Source of the DNA: an uncultured Candidatus Saccharibacteria bacterium
GTDB taxonomy: Bacteria; Patescibacteriota; Minisyncoccia; Phycocordibacterales; JACOZG01
Direction: 5' to 3'
Assembly: GCA_964651115.1 (NCBI GenBank)
Contig: CAZYXJ010000001.1
Span: 42,273 to 106,272 of the forward strand
DNA length: 64,000 nucleotides
This document shows, piece after piece, positions 19,096 through 29,477 of the stretch (its first letter is position 1; every line of letters begins with the position of its first letter). The notes beneath the pieces were generated by a model that worked only from the letters and a program-made list of their open reading frames with translations, did not search any database and was not told where the DNA came from. Position numbers and translations under genes: made by a program.

Positions 19096-20061
19096 ATGAT
19101 GGATAGCATGATTATTTTGCCCTCAAAACCAAAGATCGTCACTGATGAGCCAAAGAGTGGCGTTTTTGAGATTGAGGGTTTGCACCCAGGTTATGGTTAC
19201 ACCCTAGGTAATTCTTTGCGTCGAATTATTCTTTCCTCTTTGCCCGGCAGCGCCATTACTTCGCTGAAGATCGAAGGAGCGCCGCATGAGTTTTCTACTC
19301 TCTCGGGTGTTAAGGAGGACGTGATTATGCTCATTCTTAATCTCAAGAAGGTTCGCTTTGCTTGGGAGGGTAATGAGCCTCAACGCCTCTCGCTAACGGC
19401 TAAGGGTCAGAAGATGGTTACGGCGGGCGATATCGAAACTGGTGGTTTGGTGGAAATTCTTAATCCTAATCAGCCAATCGCGGCGCTCTCGGATAAGAAT
19501 GCCGAGATCTCGATCGAAATGACGGTCGAAAAGGGCCTGGGCTACTTATCGAAGGAGGCCATCCGCAAGGATCGCAACGAGATTGGAACGATTTTTGTTG
19601 ACGCCACGTTTACGCCGATTACCAAAGTTAGTTACGAGGTAGAAAATATGCGTGTCGGCGATCGAACGGATTATAATCGTTTGCGGATCGCGATCGAAAC
19701 TGATGGTACGCTCTCGCCCAAGATGGCCCTGGAGAAGTCGATCTACACCATGATCGAACAACTTAAGGCGATTGTTGGTTTTAAGGAAGAGGTTTTTGAG
19801 TCAGAATTGTCGGCTGGTCAAGACGCCGAAGAGTTGGATGCTGAAGGCAAGAAAGCCGATGGTGATTCTCTCAAGACGCGGATTGAGGATCTAGATCTTT
19901 CAGCTCGAACGATCAAAGCCCTCACCAACGAAGGCATTCGGACAGTTGGCGGCTTGGCGCGAAAGAAGGAGGCCGACCTCTCGGAGATCGCCGGCTTGGG
20001 AGATAAGGGAATCGCGGAAATTATCCAGGCCTTGAGTAATTTGGGAATTTCGTTAAAATAG
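19096..20061 (+). CDS. rpoA: RNA polymerase alpha subunit
   Basis: GYGYTLGNSLRRIILSS, HEFS, VGDRTDY, alpha-CTD. Confidence 0.98.
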   Translation: MMDSMIILPSKPKIVTDEPKSGVFEIEGLHPGYGYTLGNSLRRIILSSLPGSAITSLKIEGAPHEFSTLSGVKEDVIMLILNLKKVRFAWEGNEPQRLSLTAKGQKMVTAGDIETGGLVEILNPNQPIAALSDKNAEISIEMTVEKGLGYLSKEAIRKDRNEIGTIFVDATFTPITKVSYEVENMRVGDRTDYNRLRIAIETDGTLSPKMALEKSIYTMIEQLKAIVGFKEEVFESELSAGQDAEELDAEGKKADGDSLKTRIEDLDLSARTIKALTNEGIRTVGGLARKKEADLSEIAGLGDKGIAEIIQALSNLGISLK

Positions 20062-20067
20062 CCAGTT

Positions 20068-20418
20068 ATGCGACACAGCAATGCCAATCGAAAGTTTGGA
20101 CGAGAGCGCGGACAGCGCCGGGCTTTGCTGCGTTCTTTGGCCGAGAGCTTGATTAAGCACGGCCAGATCACCACTACCGAGGCTAAGGCTAAGGAGTTGC
20201 GTCCTTATGTGGAGAAGCTGGTCACTAAGGCTCGGGAGGGTACTTTGACGTCTCGTCGTCTCGTTACCTCCCGCTTGGGCACCGCTAAGCGAGCCGCGCC
20301 CCTGTTTGCGGGGTTGGCTGGTCGTTACAGTGGCCGCGCGGGCGGTTATACGCGGATTACTAAGTTGCCGCCACGCAAAAGTGATGGCAGTAAGATGGCT
20401 TTGATCGAATTTGTTTAA
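20068..20418 (+). CDS. rplQ: 50S ribosomal protein L17
   Basis: MRH, ITTTEAKAKE, GGYTRI. Confidence 0.98.
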   Translation: MRHSNANRKFGRERGQRRALLRSLAESLIKHGQITTTEAKAKELRPYVEKLVTKAREGTLTSRRLVTSRLGTAKRAAPLFAGLAGRYSGRAGGYTRITKLPPRKSDGSKMALIEFV

Positions 20419-20423
20419 ATTTT

Positions 20424-20786
20424 ATGACCACTTCGACTAACAACGAAATTACGATTGACGCCACGGGACGGAGCATTGGTCGCGTGGCCAGTGAGGCCGC
20501 CGTCATTTTGCGAGGCAAAAATTCTCCAGCTTTCCAGCGCCATCTTTTGCCAACCACGCGAGTGCACATCACTAACGCCAAGGCTTTGCGCATTAGCGAT
20601 AAGAAAGCCGGGGAGAAAATTTACACTCACTATACGGGTCATCCGGGTGGTTTGCGCCAAGTACCGCTCGCTCGCGTTTTGGCGAAGAAGGGTTACGGCG
20701 AACCACTTAAGAAGGCGATTTACGGAATGTTGCCTAATAATAAATTGCGTCGCCAAATCATGAAGCATCTAACTATTTCTGAATAA
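20424..20786 (+). CDS. rplM: 50S ribosomal protein L13
   Basis: IDA...GRVAS..A..LRGK, YTGHPGG, GMLPNN. Confidence 0.97.
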   Translation: MTTSTNNEITIDATGRSIGRVASEAAVILRGKNSPAFQRHLLPTTRVHITNAKALRISDKKAGEKIYTHYTGHPGGLRQVPLARVLAKKGYGEPLKKAIYGMLPNNKLRRQIMKHLTISE

Positions 20787-20789
20787 TTT

Positions 20790-21197
20790 ATGACTGCCGC
20801 CAAAAAAGAAACCTACGTGGAAGCTATCGGACGTCGCAAGACGGCAGTGGCTCGGGTGCGTCTCTTGCCTGCCGCTAAGGGTGTTTTCCAAGTAAACGAC
20901 CGCGATTTTAAAGATTACTTCCCAACCGAATTATTGCAGACGGCCGTTCGTCGTCCTTTGGTAGAGGCTCAGATGGATGGGGCGATTTCGATCAGTGCTA
21001 AAATTGTTGGCGGGGGCATTAGTTCTCAGGCTGGCGCTTTGGCTCACGGTATTGCTCGAGCGCTCATTAAGCACAAGGAAGAGGTTAAGCCATCTCTGCG
21101 TCAGGGAGGCCATCTCACTCGCGATTCGCGCATGAAGGAACGCCGCAAGTTCGGTCTCAAGAAGGCCCGCAAGAGCCCACAGTGGTCTAAGCGCTAG
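20790..21197 (+). CDS. rpsI: 30S ribosomal protein S9
   Basis: GRRKTAVARV, GGGISSQAGA, KERRKFGLKKARKSPQWSKR. Confidence 0.98.
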   Translation: MTAAKKETYVEAIGRRKTAVARVRLLPAAKGVFQVNDRDFKDYFPTELLQTAVRRPLVEAQMDGAISISAKIVGGGISSQAGALAHGIARALIKHKEEVKPSLRQGGHLTRDSRMKERRKFGLKKARKSPQWSKR

Positions 21198-21254
21198 GTT
21201 GACAAACTCGTTTTTAGGGCTTAATATATGGCTGCTTTAACCAGTTTTTTCCCT

Positions 21255-21803
21255 ATGGTAAAAACCCACGATGAATCAAATGAAGATATTACGTTTGATC
21301 CTGAAGAGGAGTTAGACAATCCCGCTCAGAGTTTAAAAAAATTGCGGGAAAAACTGAGAGCTTGCCAAACGGAGCGGCAAGAATACTTGGATACCAGCCA
21401 GCGATTGCGAGCCGATTACCTTAATCTCAAACGAGAAGCCGAAAAAGATAAAGAAGAAATGGCGCGGTTCGCTAAGGGGGGATTGTTAATCGAATTATTG
21501 GATCTGGCGGATAGTTTCGAACTAGCTTTTGGCAACCGCGAAGTTTGGGAGAGTGTTAACGAGAACTGGCGTCGAGGGATTGAGTACATTTATTCTAAGT
21601 TAGTCACGATCTTTGAACAGAATGGTTTGACGGAAATCAACCCGTTGGGGCAAGACTTTAATCCCGCGGAACATCATGCCCTCGCCACAATTGACGTGGC
21701 TGGGGCGTCAGAAGATAATAAAGTGCTAGCTGTCATCCAAAAAGGTTATCGTTTGCACGGTCGAGTAATTAGACCAGCTAAAGTTAAATTAGGTCACAAA
21801 TAA
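21255..21803 (+). CDS. grpE: Nucleotide exchange factor GrpE
   Basis: [30 protein letters not shown]; promoter TTGACA-17-TAATAT upstream favours ATG 21255. Confidence 0.95.
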   Translation: MVKTHDESNEDITFDPEEELDNPAQSLKKLREKLRACQTERQEYLDTSQRLRADYLNLKREAEKDKEEMARFAKGGLLIELLDLADSFELAFGNREVWESVNENWRRGIEYIYSKLVTIFEQNGLTEINPLGQDFNPAEHHALATIDVAGASEDNKVLAVIQKGYRLHGRVIRPAKVKLGHK

Positions 21804-21813
21804 TTTTATATTT

Positions 21814-23676
21814 ATGGCAAAAATTTTAGGCATTGATTTGGGAACGACTAATTCGGCAATGGCTTATGTGGAGGGTGGTGAGCCGCGCGTCCTCGAAAAT
21901 ATTGAGGGTGCTCGGACGACGCCTTCGATTGTGGCGCACGCCAAAAACGGTGAGCGTTTGGTGGGCTTGCTCGCCAAGCGCCAGGCCATCACTAATCCTA
22001 AAAACACCGTTCACGGCATTAAGCGATTGATGGGCCATCCATTCGAAGATCCTAACGTCCAGAAAGACAAGGAGATTGTTTCGTACGAGATTAGTCGCTC
22101 TGATGACGGTGGAGTTAAGGTGATGATGGGCGAAAAATATCATCGACCGGAAGAAATTTCGGCCATGATTTTGCAAAAGCTAAAGAAGGATGCCGAAGCC
22201 AAGTTGGGCGAAAAAATCGAAGAAGCGGTAATCACGGTGCCAGCTTATTTTGACGACGCCCAACGTCAGGCCACGCGTAATGCGGGAGAAATTGCCGGCT
22301 TTAAGGTGCGTCGGATTATCAACGAGCCGACGGCGGCCGCTTTGGCTTATGGTTTTAACAAAAAGAAAGACGAGCAGATCGCGGTCTACGACTTTGGCGG
22401 CGGCACCTTCGACATTTCGATTTTGGAAATTACGGGGGCTGAGGGTGAACAATCAATCCAAGTTAAATCAACTGACGGCGACTCACACATGGGTGGTGAA
22501 GATATTGACCAGGATATTATCCGCTGGATTGCCGATGAGTTTAAGAAAGAGACCGGGATTGATGTGACCAAAGATGAGTTGGCGCTTCAGCGTCTGAAGG
22601 AGGCCGCAGAAAAAACCAAGCACGAACTTTCGACGACGATCGAATCCGAGATTAATATTCCATTTATCGCTTCAGACACCTCTGGTCCGCGCCACCTAGT
22701 GCTTAAGATGACTCGCGCCAAATTGGAAGAGTTGGCGCAAAAATACATTGATCGTTCGATCGAAATTACCAAGCGGGCAGTGGCCGCTTCAGGTTACCAA
22801 GTGGGGGATATCGAAGAAATTATTATGGTTGGCGGCCAGACGCGGATGCCAGCGATTGTTGACGCGGTACGCAAGTTTTTCGGCAAAGAACCGAATCGTT
22901 CGATTAATCCTGATGAAGTGGTGGCCGTTGGCGCCGCCGTCCAGGCGGGCATCTTTCAGGGTGATGTTAAGGATGTGCTGCTTCTCGATGTGATCCCACT
23001 TTCTTTGGGTATTGAGACGCTCGGTGGCGTGTCGACTAAGTTGATTGAACGCAACACCACCATTCCCGCTTCGAAGTCGCAAATTTTCTCGACCGCGGCC
23101 GATAATCAAACTTCGGTTCAGATTAGAGTTTCGCAGGGTGAGCGTCAGATGTTTGCCGACAACAAGTTTTTGGGCGAATTTAATCTCGATGGCATCCCAC
23201 CATCACCGCGAGGCCTGCCGCAAATCGAAGTCACTTTTGACGTCGATGCCAACGGTATTTTGAGCGTTAAAGCCAAAGACAAGGCTAGTGGTAAAGAACA
23301 ATCGATTCGGATTGAGGCCCGCTCTGGTTTGACTGACGCCGAGATCGAAAAGATGAAAAAGGATGCCGAACTGCACGCGGAGGAAGATCGCTTAAAAAAG
23401 GATCAGGCCGAAACGCGAAATCAAGCCGAACAACTTAGCTACACCGCCGAGAAAGCGCTTAAGGATGCTACGGGGAAAATCGGTGATGACCTAGTCAAGG
23501 AAGTGCAAGAAAAAATTGATGAGTTAAAAAAGGTTAAGGAGGGGAGCGATGTCGCGGCCATTAAGACGGCGATGGAAGCTCTGAGCACGGCAATGCAAAA
23601 GATCGGTCCGGCCATGGGCGCCAATCAGTCTACGGACAATAATCCTACCACTAACCCTAATCCCACCCAAAATTGA
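21814..23676 (+). CDS. dnaK: Chaperone DnaK
   Basis: [33 protein letters not shown]. Confidence 0.99.
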   Translation: MAKILGIDLGTTNSAMAYVEGGEPRVLENIEGARTTPSIVAHAKNGERLVGLLAKRQAITNPKNTVHGIKRLMGHPFEDPNVQKDKEIVSYEISRSDDGGVKVMMGEKYHRPEEISAMILQKLKKDAEAKLGEKIEEAVITVPAYFDDAQRQATRNAGEIAGFKVRRIINEPTAAALAYGFNKKKDEQIAVYDFGGGTFDISILEITGAEGEQSIQVKSTDGDSHMGGEDIDQDIIRWIADEFKKETGIDVTKDELALQRLKEAAEKTKHELSTTIESEINIPFIASDTSGPRHLVLKMTRAKLEELAQKYIDRSIEITKRAVAASGYQVGDIEEIIMVGGQTRMPAIVDAVRKFFGKEPNRSINPDEVVAVGAAVQAGIFQGDVKDVLLLDVIPLSLGIETLGGVSTKLIERNTTIPASKSQIFSTAADNQTSVQIRVSQGERQMFADNKFLGEFNLDGIPPSPRGLPQIEVTFDVDANGILSVKAKDKASGKEQSIRIEARSGLTDAEIEKMKKDAELHAEEDRLKKDQAETRNQAEQLSYTAEKALKDATGKIGDDLVKEVQEKIDELKKVKEGSDVAAIKTAMEALSTAMQKIGPAMGANQSTDNNPTTNPNPTQN

Positions 23677-24740
23677 AAAATTACTACGAAATTTTAGGGG
23701 TCAGCAAAACCGCTTCTGGTGACGAAATCAAAAAAGCCTTCCACAAACTGGCGCACAAGTATCATCCTGATAAAAAAGATGGTAATGAAGCGAAGTTTAA
23801 GGAAGTGAACGAGGCGTACCAGATTTTGTCGGACGCCAAAAAACGTCAGCAGTATGATGCTTTTGGTTCTGGTGGCGGAGCCGGGTTTGATCCCAGTAAT
23901 TTTGCCGGTTTCGATTTTTCGGGTTTTACGCGCAACGCTGAAGGGGGAATTGAGTTTGACCTGGGGGATATTTTTGGCGAATTCTTTCGGGGCGGTGGCG
24001 GGCAGACTCGGGTCAAACGGGGGCGAGATATTTCGATCGACATTGCGATCTCTTTCGCTGAGGCGGTTTTTGGTACTTCGCGCGCCGTCTTGGTAAATAA
24101 AATTTCAGTTTGCGAAACCTGTAATGGTTCGGGCGCGGCGGCCGGGAGCAAAACAACGACCTGTAGCGTTTGCCAGGGACGAGGACGAGTCGATGAACAG
24201 CGTCGCTCTATTTTGGGCATGATCACCCAGACGCGTGAATGTGCTAAGTGCCACGGACGCGGGACGGTTGCCGAAAAATCTTGCACGACCTGTAGTGGCG
24301 CTGGGGTGCGGGAACGTTCTCAGGATATTAAAATTAGGGTTCCAGCTGGCGTCGAGAGCGGCGAGATGATCCGTTTATCTGGTCAGGGCGAGGCGGCGCC
24401 AGGCGGCGTGGCCGGCGACCTGTACGTTCGACTTCACGTGGAGAAGCATCCGATCTTTAAGCGGGCGGGCTTTGATTTGACGATGGACTTACCTTTAAAA
24501 TTAAGTGAGGCCCTGCTCGGTTGTGACCGCGATTTAGAAACCTTGGATGGGTCATTAAAACTTTCCATCCCCGCGGGAACTTCTTCGGGCGAGGTGCTAC
24601 GAGTTCGCGGTAAGGGTGTGCCCAGTGGCGGCGGCAATAAACGCGGTGATCTCTTGGTTAAGGTGGTGGTAAAAATCCCTGGTAAACTTTCCCGCAAGGC
24701 GAAAGACTTGGTAGAAAAATTACAAGCCGAGGGAATTTAA
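23673..24740 (+). CDS. dnaJ: Chaperone DnaJ
   Basis: J domain HPD and four CxxCxGxG repeats; TTG start overlaps the dnaK TGA. Confidence 0.98.
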   Translation: MKNYYEILGVSKTASGDEIKKAFHKLAHKYHPDKKDGNEAKFKEVNEAYQILSDAKKRQQYDAFGSGGGAGFDPSNFAGFDFSGFTRNAEGGIEFDLGDIFGEFFRGGGGQTRVKRGRDISIDIAISFAEAVFGTSRAVLVNKISVCETCNGSGAAAGSKTTTCSVCQGRGRVDEQRRSILGMITQTRECAKCHGRGTVAEKSCTTCSGAGVRERSQDIKIRVPAGVESGEMIRLSGQGEAAPGGVAGDLYVRLHVEKHPIFKRAGFDLTMDLPLKLSEALLGCDRDLETLDGSLKLSIPAGTSSGEVLRVRGKGVPSGGGNKRGDLLVKVVVKIPGKLSRKAKDLVEKLQAEGI

Positions 24741-24748
24741 AATCCGGC

Positions 24749-26320
24749 GTGAGTCTCATAAAAATTTCTAGAGTTCTAAAAGAGTACGGTCAACACACCG
24801 TTTTAAAAGACGTTTCTTTTGCGGTGGAGCGTGGCGATCGCTTGGCGCTGGTTGGGCATAACGGCAGTGGCAAAAGCACCTTGCTTAAATTATTGGCCGG
24901 ACAAGAAACGGAGGACTTCGGCTCAATTATTCGCGCCCAAGATTTGCGCCTCTCTTATTTGCCGCAAGATACGAGTTTATTGAGCGATCAGTTAGTCGCT
25001 GAATATTTGGCCGAAGTGGGAGACCGTCCACCACATCAAGTGGAAACCATTTTGGCGGGCTTTGGCCTGGACGTCAAAGTTTTGGATCGTTCGCTAAAAG
25101 AGTTAAGTAGCGGCCAAAAGACCAAGATTGCCCTGGCGCGCGTCTTGCTAGAAGAAGCCGATTTACTTTTGCTGGATGAGCCAACTAATAATCTCGACTT
25201 GCCCGCTCTGTTGTGGTTAGAAGAATTTTTGCTTCAGTCTCGCGCGGCCTACGTCGTGATCTCTCATGATCGCCAATTTTTAGATCGAGTCGCTGAAAAA
25301 ATTATTGAAGTTGATTGGCAAGATCATAGTTTGATTATTAACAAAGGTTCTTATAGCGACTATCGGGAACAGGAAGCTCGTCGTCGCGCTCATTTGAAAA
25401 GTGAGTACGAGACGCGTCAGGCTGAGGTCGAGCGGATCGCGGAGCGAGCCGCCAAACTCAAAGCCTTAGCTGAGGCTGGGCCGCGCTGGACCAGTACCGA
25501 CAACGACAAGCACGTGAAATTTTATCGTTCTCAACGGGTGGCTCGGACGGCCCGGACCGCCAAGACTCTCGAACGGCGGGCCTGGCGTCTAGATACCCTG
25601 GATGCCCCAATCGAGCGAGGACTTTTAGAACTGCCCCTCGCGAGCCACAAGCGCGGTGGCGCCTTTGATTTAGAGCTGATCGCCGCTACTACCGGCTATG
25701 CCAGCGGCTTTGAGCTAGGGCCGTGTGACCTGGACATCCGTTACGGGCATCGGGTGGGCATTATTGGTCTAAATGGTTCGGGCAAATCTACACTTTTAAA
25801 GTTGATTAAGGGCGAGGTGCCAGTCCTGGGCGGAGAGCGGAAGGTGGGCTCGGGCGTTAAGATTGGTGATCTGACCCAAGAGCACGAGAGTCTGCCGCGC
25901 GAACAATCCCTAGTAGATTTTTTACTCAATAAGACCTCGGCGGACCGCTCGCAGGTTTATGAAATCCTCACTCGATTTAGCTTTAATGCTGATCGAGCCA
26001 CCTCGCCGATAGGTACTCTTAGTCCCGGAGAACGCGCCCGGCTTATTTTGGCCTTGTTTACCATGATGGAAATTAACACTTTAATTCTGGACGAGCCAAC
26101 CAATCATTTGGATTTGGAAGCGTTGGAGGCACTGGAGGAGGCACTGGAAACCTTTACGGGTACCTTGATTGTCGTCTCGCATGATCGCTACTTTTTGGAG
26201 CGTTCTCGCCTCGAGCGCCTCTACCAAGTGACGGCCGGGACACTCGCGCCGATTGGTGATTATCAGGCCTACTTAGCCGCCGCCGAGACGCAGGCGAAAA
26301 AATTAATTCGCTTATTGTAA
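24749..26320 (+). CDS. ABC-F family ATPase (two ABC domains, no TM)
   Basis: Two NGSGKST Walker A motifs, two LDEPTN motifs, SHDR, helical linker. Confidence 0.93.
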   Translation: MSLIKISRVLKEYGQHTVLKDVSFAVERGDRLALVGHNGSGKSTLLKLLAGQETEDFGSIIRAQDLRLSYLPQDTSLLSDQLVAEYLAEVGDRPPHQVETILAGFGLDVKVLDRSLKELSSGQKTKIALARVLLEEADLLLLDEPTNNLDLPALLWLEEFLLQSRAAYVVISHDRQFLDRVAEKIIEVDWQDHSLIINKGSYSDYREQEARRRAHLKSEYETRQAEVERIAERAAKLKALAEAGPRWTSTDNDKHVKFYRSQRVARTARTAKTLERRAWRLDTLDAPIERGLLELPLASHKRGGAFDLELIAATTGYASGFELGPCDLDIRYGHRVGIIGLNGSGKSTLLKLIKGEVPVLGGERKVGSGVKIGDLTQEHESLPREQSLVDFLLNKTSADRSQVYEILTRFSFNADRATSPIGTLSPGERARLILALFTMMEINTLILDEPTNHLDLEALEALEEALETFTGTLIVVSHDRYFLERSRLERLYQVTAGTLAPIGDYQAYLAAAETQAKKLIRLL

Positions 26321-26326
26321 ATTTTG

Positions 26327-27619
26327 ATGTTTGATTTTACCGAAAAAATTTATTGGGCGATCAAAGACCGTCATTCCCATCGCCAATTTGGCGGGGCGCC
26401 ACGATTGTGCGTGGTGAATTTGCCCCGTCCCTCGCCTCGCTGGGGGATTGAGGTCTATTCGCGGCTTGGCTGGTTGGCCGAAACCGATCAAGAGTTTGGC
26501 GCTCTGCATCTCCTCGAACATTATCTGGCTGGTAGTGTGCGCGAGGTGGTGACTCATCCCGCCCACACCAATGGCCACGTGGGCATGGATCGCATGGGTT
26601 TTGAGGCTGACTTCCATCGCGACCAAGCAGCCAGCTTGGTCGAAACCTATTTGGACGGCCTCTTTCGCCCCAAGTGGCACCGCCAAGATCTCTTGGCCTA
26701 CGAGCGCGACTCCATTCTTAACGAGATGAACGTCAAGACCCATGACTTAGAATATGCCATCTTTCGCGCTGTAACCAAACAACGTTTTGCGCCCAACTCG
26801 CGTTACGGTCGGGCCTCAGTGGAATCACTCGACTCGACCTTGGCTCTATCGCTCGACGATATCGTCAATACCTACGAACGCTGGCGCGAAAGTCCGCTGG
26901 TAGTTTTTTTGTGGGGCCATCAATTGCCAGCGGCGTTGGTTGATCGCGTTCGCCGCTATCTCGAAGCTTGTGAGCTTAAGCCCTGGCAAAAAGACACCTG
27001 GCCGTCGGTGGATTATTCCCCGAGGCACATCGAATTGCGCCCCGATCCTAGTATCCGCGGGGTCTACATTAGTCTCTCTTTTCCGGCGGGCACCTGCCAA
27101 GATCCCGATCGAGACCTCTTAGCTCAGCGACGCCTGGGGCAATTTATTACCAGCAATCATCCCAAATCGGGCTTTCGACGGTTGCGCGAGCAGGGGATCT
27201 ACTTTTTTCGTTACGAGGCCGCGCGCTTTGGCAGTGCTGGCTTTTGGATTTTTCATAGTTATTGTACGCGCGAGCAGTTGCCAAAAACGCTCGGCGCGAT
27301 TGCTGAGGTTTGGCGGGAGATTAAGAAAAATTCGGTACCGGAAGGATATCTTTTGGATCTAAAAAAAGAGTCGCACTTTGCCATTGAGCGCGAGTGGTAT
27401 CAGAACGATAGTCGATACGACTGGATCGTCTCGGACGTTTTAGAAAATGAGCCGATCAAAACGATCGCTCAAGAAAAGGCGGTGGTCAACTCGGTCACGA
27501 GCGAGGTAATCGCCACGGTGGCCAATCGCACCCTCGACTCAACCAAGCTCAATCTCACGCTTACCGGCGACGTCCAAGGACTAGATCAGCAAGCGATAAC
27601 CACGGCCCTAGAATTTTAG
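26327..27619 (+). CDS. M16 (insulinase/pitrilysin) family zinc peptidase, divergent
   Basis: Inverted zinc motif HLLEH, downstream ER..ILNE, C-terminal LRE.GIY. Confidence 0.75.
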   Translation: MFDFTEKIYWAIKDRHSHRQFGGAPRLCVVNLPRPSPRWGIEVYSRLGWLAETDQEFGALHLLEHYLAGSVREVVTHPAHTNGHVGMDRMGFEADFHRDQAASLVETYLDGLFRPKWHRQDLLAYERDSILNEMNVKTHDLEYAIFRAVTKQRFAPNSRYGRASVESLDSTLALSLDDIVNTYERWRESPLVVFLWGHQLPAALVDRVRRYLEACELKPWQKDTWPSVDYSPRHIELRPDPSIRGVYISLSFPAGTCQDPDRDLLAQRRLGQFITSNHPKSGFRRLREQGIYFFRYEAARFGSAGFWIFHSYCTREQLPKTLGAIAEVWREIKKNSVPEGYLLDLKKESHFAIEREWYQNDSRYDWIVSDVLENEPIKTIAQEKAVVNSVTSEVIATVANRTLDSTKLNLTLTGDVQGLDQQAITTALEF

Positions 27620-27634
27620 TTACCTAATCTGTTT

Positions 27635-28111
27635 ATGTTTTATAAAAAAATTCTTACGTTCGTAAAAGAGGACCAGGCCGATCGAGCAATGATTCGGAAA
27701 AAATTGCCACCAAGCAAGAAGATGTTGTTGTGGTTAAAAAGACGAGATGAACAGCGATTGAAAGATATTTGTAAGCTTGGTGCTCAAAATTATCATAAAT
27801 TCTCAAAGAAAACCCTTTTCAATGTTGCTTTAATTATGACTCATGCTTTGCCACTAGAGCATCAGTTAGTTGCTGGAGTTATTGCCGATAGGAGCTATTC
27901 TTTAGGGTTTAAGCGGGCCGATAAACTAAGAAAAATAACAGCGGATAGAATATTGGTTTCAAAATATCAAAAACAAAAATATGGCACTCAGCAGCAATAT
28001 CTGAATGGTAAGTTTATTCCTTATCCGGTAAGTCATAAGCTGAAAGATCCGTTAATTGAATTAACCCCGGAAGAAAAAGAAGTTATTGTTGGAAAAGCGT
28101 TTTCTGTTTGA
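27635..28111 (+). CDS. Hypothetical protein, DUF6624-like
   Basis: DQADR at the N-terminus, ALIMTH, DRIL and QKYGTQ motifs; AT-rich. Confidence 0.6.
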   Translation: MFYKKILTFVKEDQADRAMIRKKLPPSKKMLLWLKRRDEQRLKDICKLGAQNYHKFSKKTLFNVALIMTHALPLEHQLVAGVIADRSYSLGFKRADKLRKITADRILVSKYQKQKYGTQQQYLNGKFIPYPVSHKLKDPLIELTPEEKEVIVGKAFSV

Positions 28112-28113
28112 GG

Positions 28114-29424
28114 CTAGAGATACCCCCACTCGCGGAGTTTGTCCATGCCGCTTTTGATAAAACGATTGCCGATGTCGTTGCGGTAAAACATTTTAGGGAT
28201 GTACACTTTATTGGCCAAGCCATAAACTTTGTTTTGGGCCTGCTCGACTGTCTGACCCATACCCGTGATGTAAAGCACATAACCGCGATGATCGGAGATG
28301 TAATACTGGTTTTCTCCGGCGCGGAGAGCCATCTCTTCGAAGTGGAAGTGCCGCCACTCATCCTTTTTTAACTTGTCGTCAAAGTAGATATTCAAACCAT
28401 AGGGCGAGTTTTGGGGCAACTTCTTGTTGTGGGGGAAAGGGGGGACGGTGATCAAAATGACGATACCATAACCACGACGCCATTTGAGTTTATATGGTTC
28501 GCCTTTGGCCACGGCGTAAAGAAATTCCCCCCACGGCGACTGATGGATCTCGTCATGCAAATAAGTAATCGGTGAGCCAAAGCGAGGAGTCGCCTCAAGG
28601 GGGTAGGCACCCGTTTCGTTAACGATGCAATTGATATCGATATCGCCCCGGAAGCCAATCTCTTGTAAGTAGGGTTTGAGTTTAGCTAGGGTCTCTTGGA
28701 ATAATTTATTTTCTGCCTCGTTATCGTCATACCAAGCCAGGGTGCCCATCTCGCTAGTTGGGGGGCCAAGATCTCCCGGGAAGAACTTTTTGTGTTCTAC
28801 GTTCATCTCGATTGGACCAACCCAATCATTGCCGTTAAAGTAGCGGCCGACGCCAATTTCGACACCGTCGATACGCTCTTGGAGAGTAATCGCCCGCGCT
28901 TGGCTCTTGAGATTACGATTGTAGTTTTCTAAGACACTGGCCACATCACGACTATCGGCAAAATGAGAGACGTAGTTGAGACTTTTGGAAGCGTTGCCGT
29001 TCTGCTTGATTACCCACGCGCCACGATTATCTTTTAGGAATTGAATGGCGTCAAGAATATCTTTAAAGGTCTTGAGGGGGACCGTTTTGATTCCATATTT
29101 TGCAAAAATGGCCTGACCGTATTGACGATCAGACTCTAATTTATCCCCCAATTCACAACCCCCAAAAACTGTATAACCCTCTTTGCGCAAGTCGTCTTGG
29201 ACTTTTCCCGAGCCAATGTCGTCAAAAATAATTAGTCCATTCTTGCCGACCCAAAAGAGTTCCTGGCGCCAGTCTTGAGTCTTTTCGACCAAGCCAGAGA
29301 AGTTGGTTTGGGCCTCGGGGGGCAGATAGAGCCGGACACTGTGGCCCTCTTGCTTTAGACGCACCGCTAAGTGCGGGGCGATCATATTTTCGGACGATAC
29401 AAACAGGATATTCCTGGCAGTCAT
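28114..29424 (-). CDS. PurD (GAR synthetase)-like ATP-grasp ligase, non-canonical
   Basis: KLESDR, WVIK, LQERIDGVE, EHKK, GPPTSEMGT, LEATPRFG; lacks the GSGGREHA motif of bacterial PurD. Confidence 0.8.
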   Translation of the reverse strand: MTARNILFVSSENMIAPHLAVRLKQEGHSVRLYLPPEAQTNFSGLVEKTQDWRQELFWVGKNGLIIFDDIGSGKVQDDLRKEGYTVFGGCELGDKLESDRQYGQAIFAKYGIKTVPLKTFKDILDAIQFLKDNRGAWVIKQNGNASKSLNYVSHFADSRDVASVLENYNRNLKSQARAITLQERIDGVEIGVGRYFNGNDWVGPIEMNVEHKKFFPGDLGPPTSEMGTLAWYDDNEAENKLFQETLAKLKPYLQEIGFRGDIDINCIVNETGAYPLEATPRFGSPITYLHDEIHQSPWGEFLYAVAKGEPYKLKWRRGYGIVILITVPPFPHNKKLPQNSPYGLNIYFDDKLKKDEWRHFHFEEMALRAGENQYYISDHRGYVLYITGMGQTVEQAQNKVYGLANKVYIPKMFYRNDIGNRFIKSGMDKLREWGYL

Positions 29425-29477
29425 ATGTTGTATTTCTAACACATAAACAGTATCACGTAAAGCCCCAGACTGTCAAA

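Noticed and set aside
21198-21254. CIRCE/HrcA control of grpE-dnaK-dnaJ
   Set aside because: No TTAGCACTC-N9-GAGTGCTAA repeat and no hrcA in the window.
24749-26320. Antibiotic-resistance (ARE) assignment for the ABC-F
   Set aside because: The subfamily cannot be determined by eye, and there is no leader peptide or resistance context.
28114-29424. Gene symbol purD
   Set aside because: PurD-specific motifs are missing and there is no pur context.
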